The notes beneath the pieces were generated by a model. That model saw only the letters and a list, made by a program, of their open reading frames with translations. It had not been told where the DNA came from and did no database searches. Below, piece after piece: positions 1-9,619 of a stretch of DNA of 32,000 nt. Numbering within the stretch: the first letter of the stretch is position 1; the number at the start of each line of letters is the position of its first letter. The position numbers and the translations under genes are program-made. The DNA lies in sequence record CM120771.1. One strand, given 5' to 3'.

Positions 1-74
1 GGAAACCAAAATATAAAAAAGCAATTGTTACTTTATCTGAAGGCGATGTAATAAACTTATTTACCGATAGTTAA
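1..74 (+). CDS. rpl23: 50S ribosomal protein L23, 3' end (partial, runs off window)
   Basis: Open frame from position 3 reads KPKYKKAIVTLSEGDVINLFTDS then TAA at 72-74. The L23-like C-terminus sits directly upstream of rpl2, as in the S10 operon. Confidence 0.6.
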   Translation, partial: KPKYKKAIVTLSEGDVINLFTDS

Positions 75-96
75 GAAATAAAAAATAATTTAGTTT

Positions 97-924
97 ATGA
101 GTATTCGTCTTTATAAATCGTATACACCTGGCACAAGAAATCGTGCTTTATCAAGTTTTAGTGAAATTACAAAAGTTAAACCTGAAAAAAGTTTAACGAA
201 AAAAAATCACCGTAATAAAGGTAGAAATAATCGCGGAATTATAACAATTCGACATCGGGGTGGTGGTCACAAAAGACTTTATCGAATTATTGATTTTAAA
301 CGCCAAAAATATGGTATTCAAGGAGTTGTCGCTGCAATCGAATATGATCCCAATCGAAATGCTCGAATTGCTTTAATTCATTATCTTGATGGTGAAAAGC
401 GTTATATTTTACAGCCAAAAAACTTAAATGTTGGTGATAATATTATTTCTGGTTCGGGATCACCTTTAACCATTGGGAATTCGTTACCATTAGAAGAAAT
501 TCCACTTGGTATCTCAGTTCATAATATCGAACTAATTCCAAATAGGGGTGGTCAAATTGTTCGTGCAGCTGGTACGTCAGCTAAGATTTTAGCAAAAGAA
601 GGAAATTATATAACATTACGCTTGCCTTCTAAAGAAATTCGTTTAGTACGCAAAGAATGCCTTGCTACAATTGGTGAAGTTAGTAATAATGATGCGTTTT
701 TAGTCCAAAGTGGCAAAGCTGGGAGAACACGTTGGTTGGGTCGTCGTCCAATAGTTCGAGGATCCGTAATGAATCCATGTGATCATCCTCATGGTGGTGG
801 TGAAGGAAGAACTCCAATTGGTCGAACACGTCCATTAACACCTTGGGGAAAACCGGCTTTAGGAATAAAAACAAGAAAGCAAAAAAAACTAAGCGATGCA
901 TATATTCTTCGTCGTCGTTCTTAA
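97..924 (+). CDS. rpl2: 50S ribosomal protein L2
   Basis: 275-aa ORF with L2 hallmarks ([30 protein letters not shown]). Position fits the S10 operon order. Confidence 0.97.
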   Translation: MSIRLYKSYTPGTRNRALSSFSEITKVKPEKSLTKKNHRNKGRNNRGIITIRHRGGGHKRLYRIIDFKRQKYGIQGVVAAIEYDPNRNARIALIHYLDGEKRYILQPKNLNVGDNIISGSGSPLTIGNSLPLEEIPLGISVHNIELIPNRGGQIVRAAGTSAKILAKEGNYITLRLPSKEIRLVRKECLATIGEVSNNDAFLVQSGKAGRTRWLGRRPIVRGSVMNPCDHPHGGGEGRTPIGRTRPLTPWGKPALGIKTRKQKKLSDAYILRRRS

Positions 925-970
925 TTATCCTACTCTAATAGTTTAACAAGTATCAAAAAAAATTTTTAAG

Positions 971-1249
971 ATGCCAAGATCATTAAAAAAAAGCCCGTTT
1001 GTTGCCTATCATTTATTAAAAAAAATTAATCAAATGAATAAGGCTAGTAAAAAAGATACAATTACAACTTGGTCTCGTGCTTCCACTATTTTACCTAGTA
1101 TGGTTGGTTTTACCATTGCTGTCTACAATGGAAAACAGCATGTACCAGTTTTTATTTCGGATCAATTAGTAGGCCATAAATTAGGCGAGTTTGTATCAAC
1201 AAGAAATTTTAAAACGCATATTAAAGCTGATCGAAAATCAAAACGCTAA
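971..1249 (+). CDS. rps19: 30S ribosomal protein S19
   Basis: 92-aa ORF starting [11 protein letters not shown] and containing [24 protein letters not shown]. Follows rpl2. Confidence 0.95.
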   Translation: MPRSLKKSPFVAYHLLKKINQMNKASKKDTITTWSRASTILPSMVGFTIAVYNGKQHVPVFISDQLVGHKLGEFVSTRNFKTHIKADRKSKR

Positions 1250-1261
1250 ACAAAAAAACGA

Positions 1262-1768
1262 ATGCAGCCAAATCTATATGAAGATCGATGTAAATGTAAT
1301 GAAGAATTTGCAATAGAAAAAGAAAAAAAAAAAAAAACATCAGTAATTAAACCAAGTGAAGGAAAACCACTTAAATATCCTAATTCTAATGAGATTCTAT
1401 TGTTATCGAAAACATTTAAAATAAAATATGAAAAGAAACTGTCATTAATAGCTAAACTCGTTTTAAATAGTTTTCAGAATAAATATATATATTATGCGAT
1501 GGATGATATTTTATATTTATTTGAATCAAATAAAAATGAACGTGAAAATCTCTTAGCTATTTTATATTCGCCTATTCTTTCATTACAAAATAATTATTCA
1601 GTTAATTTTTTTGATATTTGGATAAAAGAAATTTATATTGATGAGATTTCTAAAAAGAATAAATTTCTTATCACAGATTCTCCAACTTCGAAACAATTCA
1701 GTTATATAACAATTAAACTTTTTTATAAAACTCCTTTACCATTGAAAAAACAAGAAGTTTTATGGTAA
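1262..1768 (+). CDS. hypothetical protein (orphan ORF168 inserted between rps19 and rpl22)
   Basis: 168-codon ATG-to-TAA ORF starting 12 nt after the rps19 stop, on the same strand as the operon. It is Lys/Asn/Ile-rich and I recognise no family motif. Confidence 0.4.
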   Translation: MQPNLYEDRCKCNEEFAIEKEKKKKTSVIKPSEGKPLKYPNSNEILLLSKTFKIKYEKKLSLIAKLVLNSFQNKYIYYAMDDILYLFESNKNERENLLAILYSPILSLQNNYSVNFFDIWIKEIYIDEISKKNKFLITDSPTSKQFSYITIKLFYKTPLPLKKQEVLW

Positions 1769-1882
1769 CTTTTAGAATTAATTAAAATTGCTATACTTAT
1801 TTGGCAAGAAAACGATTTGGAAATATTAGTGAAGAAGGGGAAAAAATTGAAATATTGAAATTTAGAAATAATTACTTAATTT

Positions 1883-2230
1883 ATGTCAAATACTCAAGCT
1901 GTTAAAGCAGTAGCAAAATATATTAGAATGTCCCCTCACAAAATTAGACGAGTTTTAGATCAAATTCGTGGGCGTTCTTATCAAGAAGCATTAATGATAT
2001 TAGAATTTTTACCTTATGATGCGAGTGGACCTATTTGGCAAGTTGTTTATTCTGCAGCGGCAAATGCAAAACATAATTATGGGCTAGATAAGAAAAAGCT
2101 AATCATTGAACAAGTTTTTGCAGATGAAGGTCCGAAATTAAAACGGATTCGTCCCCGTGCACAAGGAAGAGCATATAAAATTTTAAAACCAACTTGTCAT
2201 ATTACAGTGGTTATGAAAGAAGTTACTTAA
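1883..2230 (+). CDS. rpl22: 50S ribosomal protein L22
   Basis: 115-aa ORF with [21 protein letters not shown] and [20 protein letters not shown], both typical of L22. Confidence 0.93.
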   Translation: MSNTQAVKAVAKYIRMSPHKIRRVLDQIRGRSYQEALMILEFLPYDASGPIWQVVYSAAANAKHNYGLDKKKLIIEQVFADEGPKLKRIRPRAQGRAYKILKPTCHITVVMKEVT

Positions 2231-2257
2231 AAAAAATAATATTGATGGATTAATTAT

Positions 2258-2902
2258 ATGGGTCAAAAAACACATCCTTTAGGATTTCGATTAGGTATTA
2301 CACAGGAACATAAATCAACATGGTATACGAATTTAACTCAATATGCTAATATTTTAAAAGAGGATGATCAAATTAGAACTTATATCGATACAATTGCAAA
2401 ATTAAATAGTATTGCAAATGTTAAAATAGATCGTAACGGATTAAATGATCAAATTCAATTAAATATTGAAACTGGAAAACCAGGAATTTTAGTAGGTGAT
2501 CTTGGAAGTGGACTGGAAAACCTTTTAAATAATATTAAAAAAATATTACCTTCAACTCGCCAAGTTACAATTAATGTTTTAGAAATTGAAAAAGTTGATT
2601 TAGATGCAAGTTTATTAGCAGATTTAGTAGCCGAACAATTAGAAAAACGAATTGCTTTTCGAAGAGCCATTCGTGAAGCATTACAACGTGCACAAAAACA
2701 AAATGTTAACGGGATTAAAATTCAAGTTTCAGGACGTTTAAATGGAGCGGAAATTGCGCGAAGTGAGTGGATTCGAGAAGGGCGTGTGCCTTTGCAAACA
2801 CTTCGGGCCGATATTGATTATGCTACAAGAGAAGCAAATACAATTTATGGTGTTTTAGGCATTAAAGTTTGGTTATTCAGAAGTGAAATTTTATCTAAAT
2901 AA
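2258..2902 (+). CDS. rps3: 30S ribosomal protein S3
   Basis: 214-aa ORF starting [14 protein letters not shown] and containing [13 protein letters not shown]. Confidence 0.95.
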   Translation: MGQKTHPLGFRLGITQEHKSTWYTNLTQYANILKEDDQIRTYIDTIAKLNSIANVKIDRNGLNDQIQLNIETGKPGILVGDLGSGLENLLNNIKKILPSTRQVTINVLEIEKVDLDASLLADLVAEQLEKRIAFRRAIREALQRAQKQNVNGIKIQVSGRLNGAEIARSEWIREGRVPLQTLRADIDYATREANTIYGVLGIKVWLFRSEILSK

Positions 2903-2957
2903 GACAGAGATGGTTTTGGCAAAAATAAAAATTATAAGTTTATTAAATTAACTGGTT

Positions 2958-3374
2958 ATGTTAACTCCAAAAAGAACAAAATATAGAAAATATCATCGTG
3001 GTCGTATGCGAGGTACAAAAACGCGTGGAAATGAAATTTGTTTTGGCAACTTTGGTCTACAAGCGTTGGAACCAAGTTGGATTACATCGAGACAAATTGA
3101 AGCTGCCCGTCGAACAATCACTAGATATACAAAACGTGGTGCAAAACTATGGATTAGGATTTTTCCTGATAAAACTGTTACTGCTAGAGCTGCAGAATCA
3201 AGAATGGGTTCTGGTAAGGGTGCTGTTGATTATTGGGTAGCTGTCGTGAAACCAGGAACAATTTTATTTGAAATTGGTAGAGTTCCCCAAGAAGTTGCTC
3301 TAGGAGCTTTTAAATTAGCAGCATATAAGTTACCAATTAAAACAAAGTTTCTTATTAAAGATAATATAAGTTAA
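2958..3374 (+). CDS. rpl16: 50S ribosomal protein L16
   Basis: 138-aa ORF starting [19 protein letters not shown] and containing [19 protein letters not shown]. Confidence 0.96.
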   Translation: MLTPKRTKYRKYHRGRMRGTKTRGNEICFGNFGLQALEPSWITSRQIEAARRTITRYTKRGAKLWIRIFPDKTVTARAAESRMGSGKGAVDYWVAVVKPGTILFEIGRVPQEVALGAFKLAAYKLPIKTKFLIKDNIS

Positions 3375-3378
3375 AAAT

Positions 3379-3612
3379 ATGAGTCTAGCTAAGTTTACTG
3401 AAATTGTTTCGCTTTCAAATAATGAAATTTCAGAAGCAATTATTGAAGCCGAAACTGAATTGTTTAATCTTCGTTTTAGACAAGCAACACGGCAAAGTTT
3501 TAAATCACATCAAATAAAGAATACAAAACGCCGTTTAGCCCAACTAAAAACACTTGTAACATTAAGATTACAAAATATTGACCAAGAAGATAATAATTTC
3601 ATTTCAAATTGA
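3379..3612 (+). CDS. rpl29: 50S ribosomal protein L29
   Basis: 77-aa ORF containing ELFNLRFRQATRQ, in the expected slot between rpl16 and rps17. Confidence 0.85.
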   Translation: MSLAKFTEIVSLSNNEISEAIIEAETELFNLRFRQATRQSFKSHQIKNTKRRLAQLKTLVTLRLQNIDQEDNNFISN

Positions 3613-3636
3613 AAAAAAATAATTAAGGAGGTGTAA

Positions 3637-3891
3637 ATGCCAGTAAAACAAGAAATTGGTATTGTAATTAGCAATAAGATGGCGAAAACTGTTGTAGTAA
3701 AAATTGAAAATAGATATCCACATCCTATCTATTCAAAAACATTAATTAAAACAAAGAAATACTTAGCTCATGATGCATTAGAAGAATGTAATATTGGTGA
3801 TCAAGTTTTGGTGGAAGAATGTCGTCCACTAAGTAAACGAAAACGCTGGAAATTGATTAAGATTCTTTCAAAATCATCGTTAATAAATTAA
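3637..3891 (+). CDS. rps17: 30S ribosomal protein S17
   Basis: 84-aa ORF with [23 protein letters not shown] and KRKRWKL. AAGGAGG Shine-Dalgarno lies just upstream. Confidence 0.9.
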   Translation: MPVKQEIGIVISNKMAKTVVVKIENRYPHPIYSKTLIKTKKYLAHDALEECNIGDQVLVEECRPLSKRKRWKLIKILSKSSLIN

Positions 3892-3902
3892 ATGATATTT
3901 TT

Positions 3903-4268
3903 ATGATTTATCCTCAAACAATGTTAACAGTAGCAGATAATACTGGTGCTAAAAAAGTTATGTGTATTCGGGTATTAGGTGGAAACAAAAAATATGCTCA
4001 AATTGGTGATACAATTATTGCAGTAGTTAAAGAAGCTATACCAAATATGCCTGTAAAACGATCAGATGTAGTAAGAGCAATTATTGTCCGAACTACAAAA
4101 CGTATTCGTCGAAAAGATGGAATGTATATTCGATTTGATGATAATGCAGCTGTAATTGTAAATATGGAGAATAACCCTCGCGGAACTCGTGTTTTTGGTC
4201 CTGTTGCTAGGGAAATTCGTGATAAAAATTACTCAAAAATTGTCTCATTGGCACCGGAGGTTCTATAA
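3903..4268 (+). CDS. rpl14: 50S ribosomal protein L14
   Basis: 121-aa ORF starting [27 protein letters not shown]. Confidence 0.96.
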   Translation: MIYPQTMLTVADNTGAKKVMCIRVLGGNKKYAQIGDTIIAVVKEAIPNMPVKRSDVVRAIIVRTTKRIRRKDGMYIRFDDNAAVIVNMENNPRGTRVFGPVAREIRDKNYSKIVSLAPEVL

Positions 4269-4517
4269 ATGGGAAAACAAAAAAAATTGCATGTAAAAGT
4301 TGGTAATTTTGTAAAAATTATATCTGGTTTTCATAAAAATGAAACTGGAGAAATTATTCAAGTCAACAAAAAAACCGGTAAAGTAGTAGTAAAGGGAATT
4401 AATTTTAAGTTTAAACATATTAAACCCAATACTGAAAATGAAGTTGGTGAAATTAAACAATTTGAAGCACCTATTCACCATTCAAATGTAAAATTAAATT
4501 TAAAAGAAATATCTTAA
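4269..4517 (+). CDS. rpl24: 50S ribosomal protein L24
   Basis: 82-aa ORF with a KOW-like segment (VKVGNFVKIISGFHKNETGEI). The ATG directly abuts the rpl14 stop. Confidence 0.85.
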   Translation: MGKQKKLHVKVGNFVKIISGFHKNETGEIIQVNKKTGKVVVKGINFKFKHIKPNTENEVGEIKQFEAPIHHSNVKLNLKEIS

Positions 4518-4524
4518 TCTTAAT

Positions 4525-5241
4525 ATGCTAAACCAACATTCGTTAGAAGAAATTGCGGATATTCATAATCTTCTTTGCAATATCAAGAAAGAATATGAAG
4601 AAGGAATTAAACCTATTTTAATGAAAAAAAGTTCAAATTTATTTCAAAATCCTCATACAGTACCAAAATTAAAAAAAATTCAAATTAATCGTGGGCTTGG
4701 TGCTGCTGCTCAAAATACTAATATTTTGAAAAAAAATATAGAAGAATTTGAAAAAATTACTGGTCAAAAACCAGTTCTAAGAAGAGCCAAAAAAGCAATT
4801 GCAGGCTTTAAAATTCGTGAGAATATGGAATTAGGTTTAAGCGTAACATTACGCGGTGAAAAAATGTATGCATTCTTAACTAAATTGTTATTTTTCACAT
4901 TTGCTCAAATTCGTGATTTTCGTGGCTTATCATTAAGAAGTTTTGATAAAGCTGGGAATTATACTTTAGGTTTAAAAGAACAATTAATATTTCCTGAAAT
5001 AGAATATGATGACGTTGATCAAGTTCAAGGTTTCACAATTACAATTGTCCTAGAGCATGGCTCACCAAAATATAGATCTAATTCCATTGATAAAATTTTA
5101 AATGGAATGATTTTGTTTAAGTTTTTAAGATTTCCATTAAATGATTGTGGTTATTATGATAAATATGAATCTTTTTCAGATGTAACCAGAGCATGGGATA
5201 AAAAACGTCATTTAAAACGAAAACGTTGGTCACAAGAATAG
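4525..5241 (+). CDS. rpl5: 50S ribosomal protein L5 (extended at both ends)
   Basis: 238-aa ORF with an L5 core ([47 protein letters not shown]). It is about 50-60 aa longer than the usual ~180 aa. Confidence 0.9.
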   Translation: MLNQHSLEEIADIHNLLCNIKKEYEEGIKPILMKKSSNLFQNPHTVPKLKKIQINRGLGAAAQNTNILKKNIEEFEKITGQKPVLRRAKKAIAGFKIRENMELGLSVTLRGEKMYAFLTKLLFFTFAQIRDFRGLSLRSFDKAGNYTLGLKEQLIFPEIEYDDVDQVQGFTITIVLEHGSPKYRSNSIDKILNGMILFKFLRFPLNDCGYYDKYESFSDVTRAWDKKRHLKRKRWSQE

Positions 5242-5278
5242 AAGTAAAAAATATTATCTAAAATCTAAGGAGATAATT

Positions 5279-5677
5279 GTGGTAAATGATACTATTTCAG
5301 ATATGTTAACAAGAATTCGAAATGCTAATATGGTAAAACACCAAATTGTTCAAGTTCCTTTAACAAAAATGTCACTTGCAATTTCAAAAATATTAAAAGA
5401 AGAAGGATTTATTGAAGATTTTGAAAGTTATACAGAAAATAAAAAGAATTATCTATTAATTTCACTTAAATATATTGGAAAATCCAGAAAATCAGTTATT
5501 TGTAAAATTGAACGAATAAGTAAACCTGGTTTACGGATTTATGCAAAGTCAAAAAAATTACCAAGAGTTTTAGATAATTTGGGAATTGCTATTATTTCAA
5601 CGTCAAAAGGAGTTATGACAAATTTAAGGGCAAAGGAACTTGGCATTGGTGGTGAAGTTTTATGTTATATTTGGTAA
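5279..5677 (+). CDS. rps8: 30S ribosomal protein S8 (GTG start)
   Basis: 132-aa ORF starting (M)[18 protein letters not shown] start sits 5 nt after an AAGGAG motif. Confidence 0.93.
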   Translation: MVNDTISDMLTRIRNANMVKHQIVQVPLTKMSLAISKILKEEGFIEDFESYTENKKNYLLISLKYIGKSRKSVICKIERISKPGLRIYAKSKKLPRVLDNLGIAIISTSKGVMTNLRAKELGIGGEVLCYIW

Positions 5678-5703
5678 TCATATAATCATAAGGAGTGTGT
5701 AAA

Positions 5704-6240
5704 ATGTCACGTATTGGAAAATTGCCTATTAATGTGCCAGAAAATGTAGATATTAACTCTACAAATTCAGAAATGACTGTAAAAGGGAAGTTTGGAACAT
5801 TGCAAATAAAAATCCCTGATGTAATTAATATAACAACTGACAAAGGTCAACTAAGGGTTAGTTTAAAAGACGACAAAAAAGATATAAAAGCATTGCATGG
5901 TTTATATCGAACATTAATAAATAATATGGTTATAGGAGTTTCAAAACAATTTGATATAACTCTTATTTTAAAAGGAGTTGGTTATCGTGGAGCTGTTCAA
6001 GGGAATGAACTAGTTTTAAGTTTAGGTTATAGTCATCCGGTTAAAATAGAAATTCCAAAAGAAATTTCAGTAGAAGTTGTTCAAAATACAACAATAAATA
6101 TTAAATCGTGTGATAAAGAGTTATTAGGTAGATTTGCAGCAAATATAAGATCTTGGAGACCGCCTGAACCATATAAAGGAAAAGGAATTTTATATAAAGA
6201 GGAAAAAATTATTCGTAAAGCTGGGAAATCTGGAAAATAA
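5704..6240 (+). CDS. rpl6: 50S ribosomal protein L6
   Basis: ATG at 5704 gives MSRIGKLPI, the usual L6 N-terminus, with AAGGAG 8 nt upstream. The ORF-track start at 5695 is a GTG that adds only 3 aa. Confidence 0.92.
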   Translation: MSRIGKLPINVPENVDINSTNSEMTVKGKFGTLQIKIPDVINITTDKGQLRVSLKDDKKDIKALHGLYRTLINNMVIGVSKQFDITLILKGVGYRGAVQGNELVLSLGYSHPVKIEIPKEISVEVVQNTTINIKSCDKELLGRFAANIRSWRPPEPYKGKGILYKEEKIIRKAGKSGK

Positions 6241-6313
6241 AAAATTGGCAGTTATTACCAATACTTTCAAATTAATAACGCGACTATTCTTAGAAAAATA
6301 AAAAATTATACTT

Positions 6314-6721
6314 ATGAAATTTTCACCAAGAACGTTGTTGAAATTAAAAAACAAAAATAAAAAATTAAAACCTAGTAGATATAAAAAATTAAAACGGGAA
6401 GCATTGCGTGGACGAATTAAAGGGACAATTGAAAGACCAAGATTATCAGTCTACCGTTCTAATGAAAACATTTATGCACAAATTATTGATGATACTAATT
6501 CAAAAACATTAATTTCGTGTTCAACTCGAGATCGTTCGATTAAACTTGCCCTTTCAAATGGTAGAACGTGTGAAGCTTCACGATTAATGGGGGAAAAATT
6601 AGCAAAATTAAGTCTAAATAAAAATATTACAAAAATTGTATTTGATCGAGGTCCCTATTTATATCATGGACGAATCAAGGCACTTGCAGATGGCGTAAGA
6701 GCCGGTGGATTAGAGTTTTAA
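6314..6721 (+). CDS. rpl18: 50S ribosomal protein L18
   Basis: 135-aa ORF with [24 protein letters not shown] and [26 protein letters not shown]. Confidence 0.9.
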   Translation: MKFSPRTLLKLKNKNKKLKPSRYKKLKREALRGRIKGTIERPRLSVYRSNENIYAQIIDDTNSKTLISCSTRDRSIKLALSNGRTCEASRLMGEKLAKLSLNKNITKIVFDRGPYLYHGRIKALADGVRAGGLEF

Positions 6722-6749
6722 ATTAAAATTTGGAAATAAATATTCAACT

Positions 6750-7262
6750 ATGAGTAGTGAGTTAAAAAAAATAAATAAAAAAAATTTAAATACCCAAGAA
6801 CCTAAATTTGTGGAACGATTAATTAAAATTAGTCGGGTTTCGAAAGTAACCAAAGGTGGTAAAAAATTAAGTTTTCGAGCAATTGTAGTTATAGGTGATG
6901 AAAATGGAAAAGTAGGTGTTGGAGTTGCAAAAGCTGATGATGTAGTTAATGCATTTAAAAAGGCAAAAACAAATGGGAGAAAGAATCTAATTAAATTACC
7001 AATTACAAAATCTTTAAGTATTCCTCATAATGTTATCGGAAATTTTGGAGCTTGTAAAGTAATTATGAGACCGTCAATTGAAGGGTCAGGGGTTATTGCA
7101 GGGGGAGCTGTAAGAATTGTATTAGAAGTTGCTGGCGTTAAAAATGTTATTGCTAAACAATTAGGCTCAAATAATTTATTAAATAATGCTCGGGCTTCTA
7201 TTTGTGCTTTAGAAAATTTAACAACAAAATCTCAAGTTTTAAAAAAACGAAATTTAGATTAA
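6750..7262 (+). CDS. rps5: 30S ribosomal protein S5
   Basis: 170-aa ORF with ISRVSKVTKGGKKLSFRAIVVIGD and GSGVIAGGAVR. Confidence 0.93.
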   Translation: MSSELKKINKKNLNTQEPKFVERLIKISRVSKVTKGGKKLSFRAIVVIGDENGKVGVGVAKADDVVNAFKKAKTNGRKNLIKLPITKSLSIPHNVIGNFGACKVIMRPSIEGSGVIAGGAVRIVLEVAGVKNVIAKQLGSNNLLNNARASICALENLTTKSQVLKKRNLD

Positions 7263-7276
7263 CTGAAAATAACGTT

Positions 7277-8530
7277 ATGAAATTTAATAAAGAAATTAAA
7301 GATAAATTATTCAAACGTTTTGTTATAACAATCGCAATTATTTTATTTATTCGATTAGGAACATTTCTTCCTGTTCCGGGAATTGACCAACTAGAAGTAG
7401 CCTCTTATATTGAAAGTCATCCTAATACTCAAAGTATAGTTAGTACGTTTTGTGGGGATAAGGCATTAATTATTGGTTTATTTAGTTTAAATATTTTTCC
7501 TTATATAAACGCTTCCATTATAGTACAAATCCTATTAGGCTTGTACCCTGAATTTTCAAAACTTCAAAAAGAAGGTGATTTAGAAGGGAGAAGATCGATT
7601 CATCGATTAACTCGTTTTATTACTTTAATTTCTGCGATTGGTCAAAGTTTAGCTGCAGCCAATTATCTTAAACAAATTTTATTTGATTGGGACTCTTATT
7701 TAACTCTAAATATCGTTATTTGGTTAACTACTGGAGCAATGATTATAGTATGGTTAAGTGAATTAATTACGGATTATGGATTAGGAAATGGTGCATCTTT
7801 ATTTATTTTTATAAACATCATTTCAAATTTACCTAATCTTACTAAAACATTACCTTTTATAAATCAAACAACTTCCCCAATTGGATATGATATCGCAATT
7901 TGTGCCTCAATTGTTACGGCTTTATACGGAATTGTTTATTTACAGGAAGGATTTAGAGTTATTCCATTAATATCTTCAAAGCAACTTAATCAATTTTCTG
8001 CCCAAGAAGGCTTACGAAGTGATAATTTTTTACCATTACGATTTAATCAAGCAGGAGTTATGCCAATTATTATAACAACGGCGGTTTTATTGGCTCCAAC
8101 TTATGCAAGTAATATTGGTATATTGCCTCGATTACCTGATTTTCTAATCGATAGTAAATTCTTATCAGTTTTCTATTGGATTGGATATTTCTTGTTCATC
8201 GTAATTTTTAGTTCATTTTATTCTTCAATTGTTTTGAATCCTAAAGATATATCTGATCAATTACAGAAAACATCTGTAGCAATCGCTGGGATTCGACCTG
8301 GTATTGAAACTACATTTTATTTAAAACAAGTAATGAAACGAACTACCTTAGTCGGGGCCATTGCTCTGGCTTCATTAGTAACAATTCCAAATTTTATAGA
8401 ATTAAGTATTACTAATTTTAATGGATTAAGTAGTACATCTTTATTAATTATAGCAGGTATTGTATTAGATTTAATTCGAGAAGTGAGAAATATTTATTTC
8501 TCAAATATTTACAACAATATGTATCAATAA
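7277..8530 (+). CDS. secY: preprotein translocase subunit SecY
   Basis: Multi-pass membrane ORF with FIRLGTFLPVPGID near the N-terminus. I chose the ATG at 7277, just after the rps5 stop, over the track start at 7202, which overlaps rps5. Confidence 0.9.
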   Translation: MKFNKEIKDKLFKRFVITIAIILFIRLGTFLPVPGIDQLEVASYIESHPNTQSIVSTFCGDKALIIGLFSLNIFPYINASIIVQILLGLYPEFSKLQKEGDLEGRRSIHRLTRFITLISAIGQSLAAANYLKQILFDWDSYLTLNIVIWLTTGAMIIVWLSELITDYGLGNGASLFIFINIISNLPNLTKTLPFINQTTSPIGYDIAICASIVTALYGIVYLQEGFRVIPLISSKQLNQFSAQEGLRSDNFLPLRFNQAGVMPIIITTAVLLAPTYASNIGILPRLPDFLIDSKFLSVFYWIGYFLFIVIFSSFYSSIVLNPKDISDQLQKTSVAIAGIRPGIETTFYLKQVMKRTTLVGAIALASLVTIPNFIELSITNFNGLSSTSLLIIAGIVLDLIREVRNIYFSNIYNNMYQ

Positions 8531-8558
8531 GAAAAAATTATTATTTTAAAAATTTCAA

Positions 8559-8672
8559 ATGAAAGTTCGTCCATCAGTAAAAAAAATATGTGATAAATGT
8601 CGTGTAATTAAAAGACATGGTAAAATTATGGTAATTTGTCCGAATCCAAAACATAAACAACGTCAAGGATAA
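8559..8672 (+). CDS. rpl36: 50S ribosomal protein L36
   Basis: Hand-translated 37-aa [40 protein letters not shown], too short for the ORF track. Canonical slot after secY. Confidence 0.93.
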   Translation: MKVRPSVKKICDKCRVIKRHGKIMVICPNPKHKQRQG

Positions 8673-8696
8673 TAATGCAAAGGAGTCAAAAAAAAA

Positions 8697-9068
8697 ATGG
8701 TTAGATTAGTAGGTGTTGATTTACCTAGAAATAAAAAAATTGCATATGCTCTTACTTATATTCATGGAATTGGTCTTACTTCTGCAAAAAAAATTATTGA
8801 AATAGCTAATATTGATTTTGATGTAAGAATTAGTGATTTAACGACAGAGCAAACAGTTGCATTACGTCAAACATTAGAAGAAAGTGATTTAAAACTTGAA
8901 GGTGATTTAAGACGATTTAATGGTTTAAATATTAAACGATTAAATGAAATTAATTGTCATAGAGGAAAACGTCATCGAAATAATTTACCAGTTCGGGGAC
9001 AAAGAACTAGAACAAATGCACGTTCACGCCGAGGATCTAAAAAAACTGTAACTAATAAGAAAAAATAG
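8697..9068 (+). CDS. rps13: 30S ribosomal protein S13
   Basis: 123-aa ORF starting MVRLVGVDLPRNKKIAYALTYIHGIG. Confidence 0.95.
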   Translation: MVRLVGVDLPRNKKIAYALTYIHGIGLTSAKKIIEIANIDFDVRISDLTTEQTVALRQTLEESDLKLEGDLRRFNGLNIKRLNEINCHRGKRHRNNLPVRGQRTRTNARSRRGSKKTVTNKKK

Positions 9069-9071
9069 TAA

Positions 9072-9464
9072 ATGATACAAATAAAGAAGAAATTAAATAC
9101 TAAAAAAGATAAAAATAGTTTTACTAGTGGGGTTGTTCATATTCAATCAACCTTTAATAATACAATTGTAACAATTACCAATTTCGCGGGTGATACTGTG
9201 TCATGGGCATCCGCCGGAAGTTCTGGATTTAAAGGCGCCCGAAAAAGTACACCTTTTGCTGCACAAACTGCAGCCGAAAAAGCTGCATTAGATGCTTTAG
9301 GAACCGGTATGAAAAATGTTGAAATTTTAGTAAAAGGTCAAGGATCAGGACGTGAGACAGCTATTCGAGCAATTGAAGGTGCTGGATTTGACATAATTTC
9401 AATTCAAGATATTACATCAGTTCCACATAATGGATGTCGTCCATCAAAAAGACGACGCGTTTAA
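9072..9464 (+). CDS. rps11: 30S ribosomal protein S11
   Basis: 130-aa ORF with [30 protein letters not shown] and [12 protein letters not shown]. Confidence 0.95.
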   Translation: MIQIKKKLNTKKDKNSFTSGVVHIQSTFNNTIVTITNFAGDTVSWASAGSSGFKGARKSTPFAAQTAAEKAALDALGTGMKNVEILVKGQGSGRETAIRAIEGAGFDIISIQDITSVPHNGCRPSKRRRV

Positions 9465-9490
9465 AATTTTTATTTCTAATATTTAACTAT

Positions 9491-9619
9491 ATGAATAATA
9501 TTTCTATTAGATGTCTAAAGTCAGAGAAAATAGAATCTGGCGCTTGTTATGGTCAATTTGTCATAAATTCGTTAAGATCTGGACAAGGAATAACTATTGG
9601 AAATCAATTGAGACGAGTA
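9491..9619 (+). CDS. rpoA: RNA polymerase alpha subunit, exon 1
   Basis: MNNISIRCLKSEKIESGACYGQFVINSLRSGQGITIGNQLRRV matches the conserved RpoA N-terminus (G-N-x-L-RR). The frame then runs into GTGCG and stops after 6 more codons. Confidence 0.85.

Noticed and set aside
7202-7276. Upstream start for secY overlapping the rps5 3' end
   Set aside because: The extra 25 codons overlap rps5 in another frame and are not SecY-like. The ATG at 7277, right after the rps5 stop, gives a normal SecY N-terminus.
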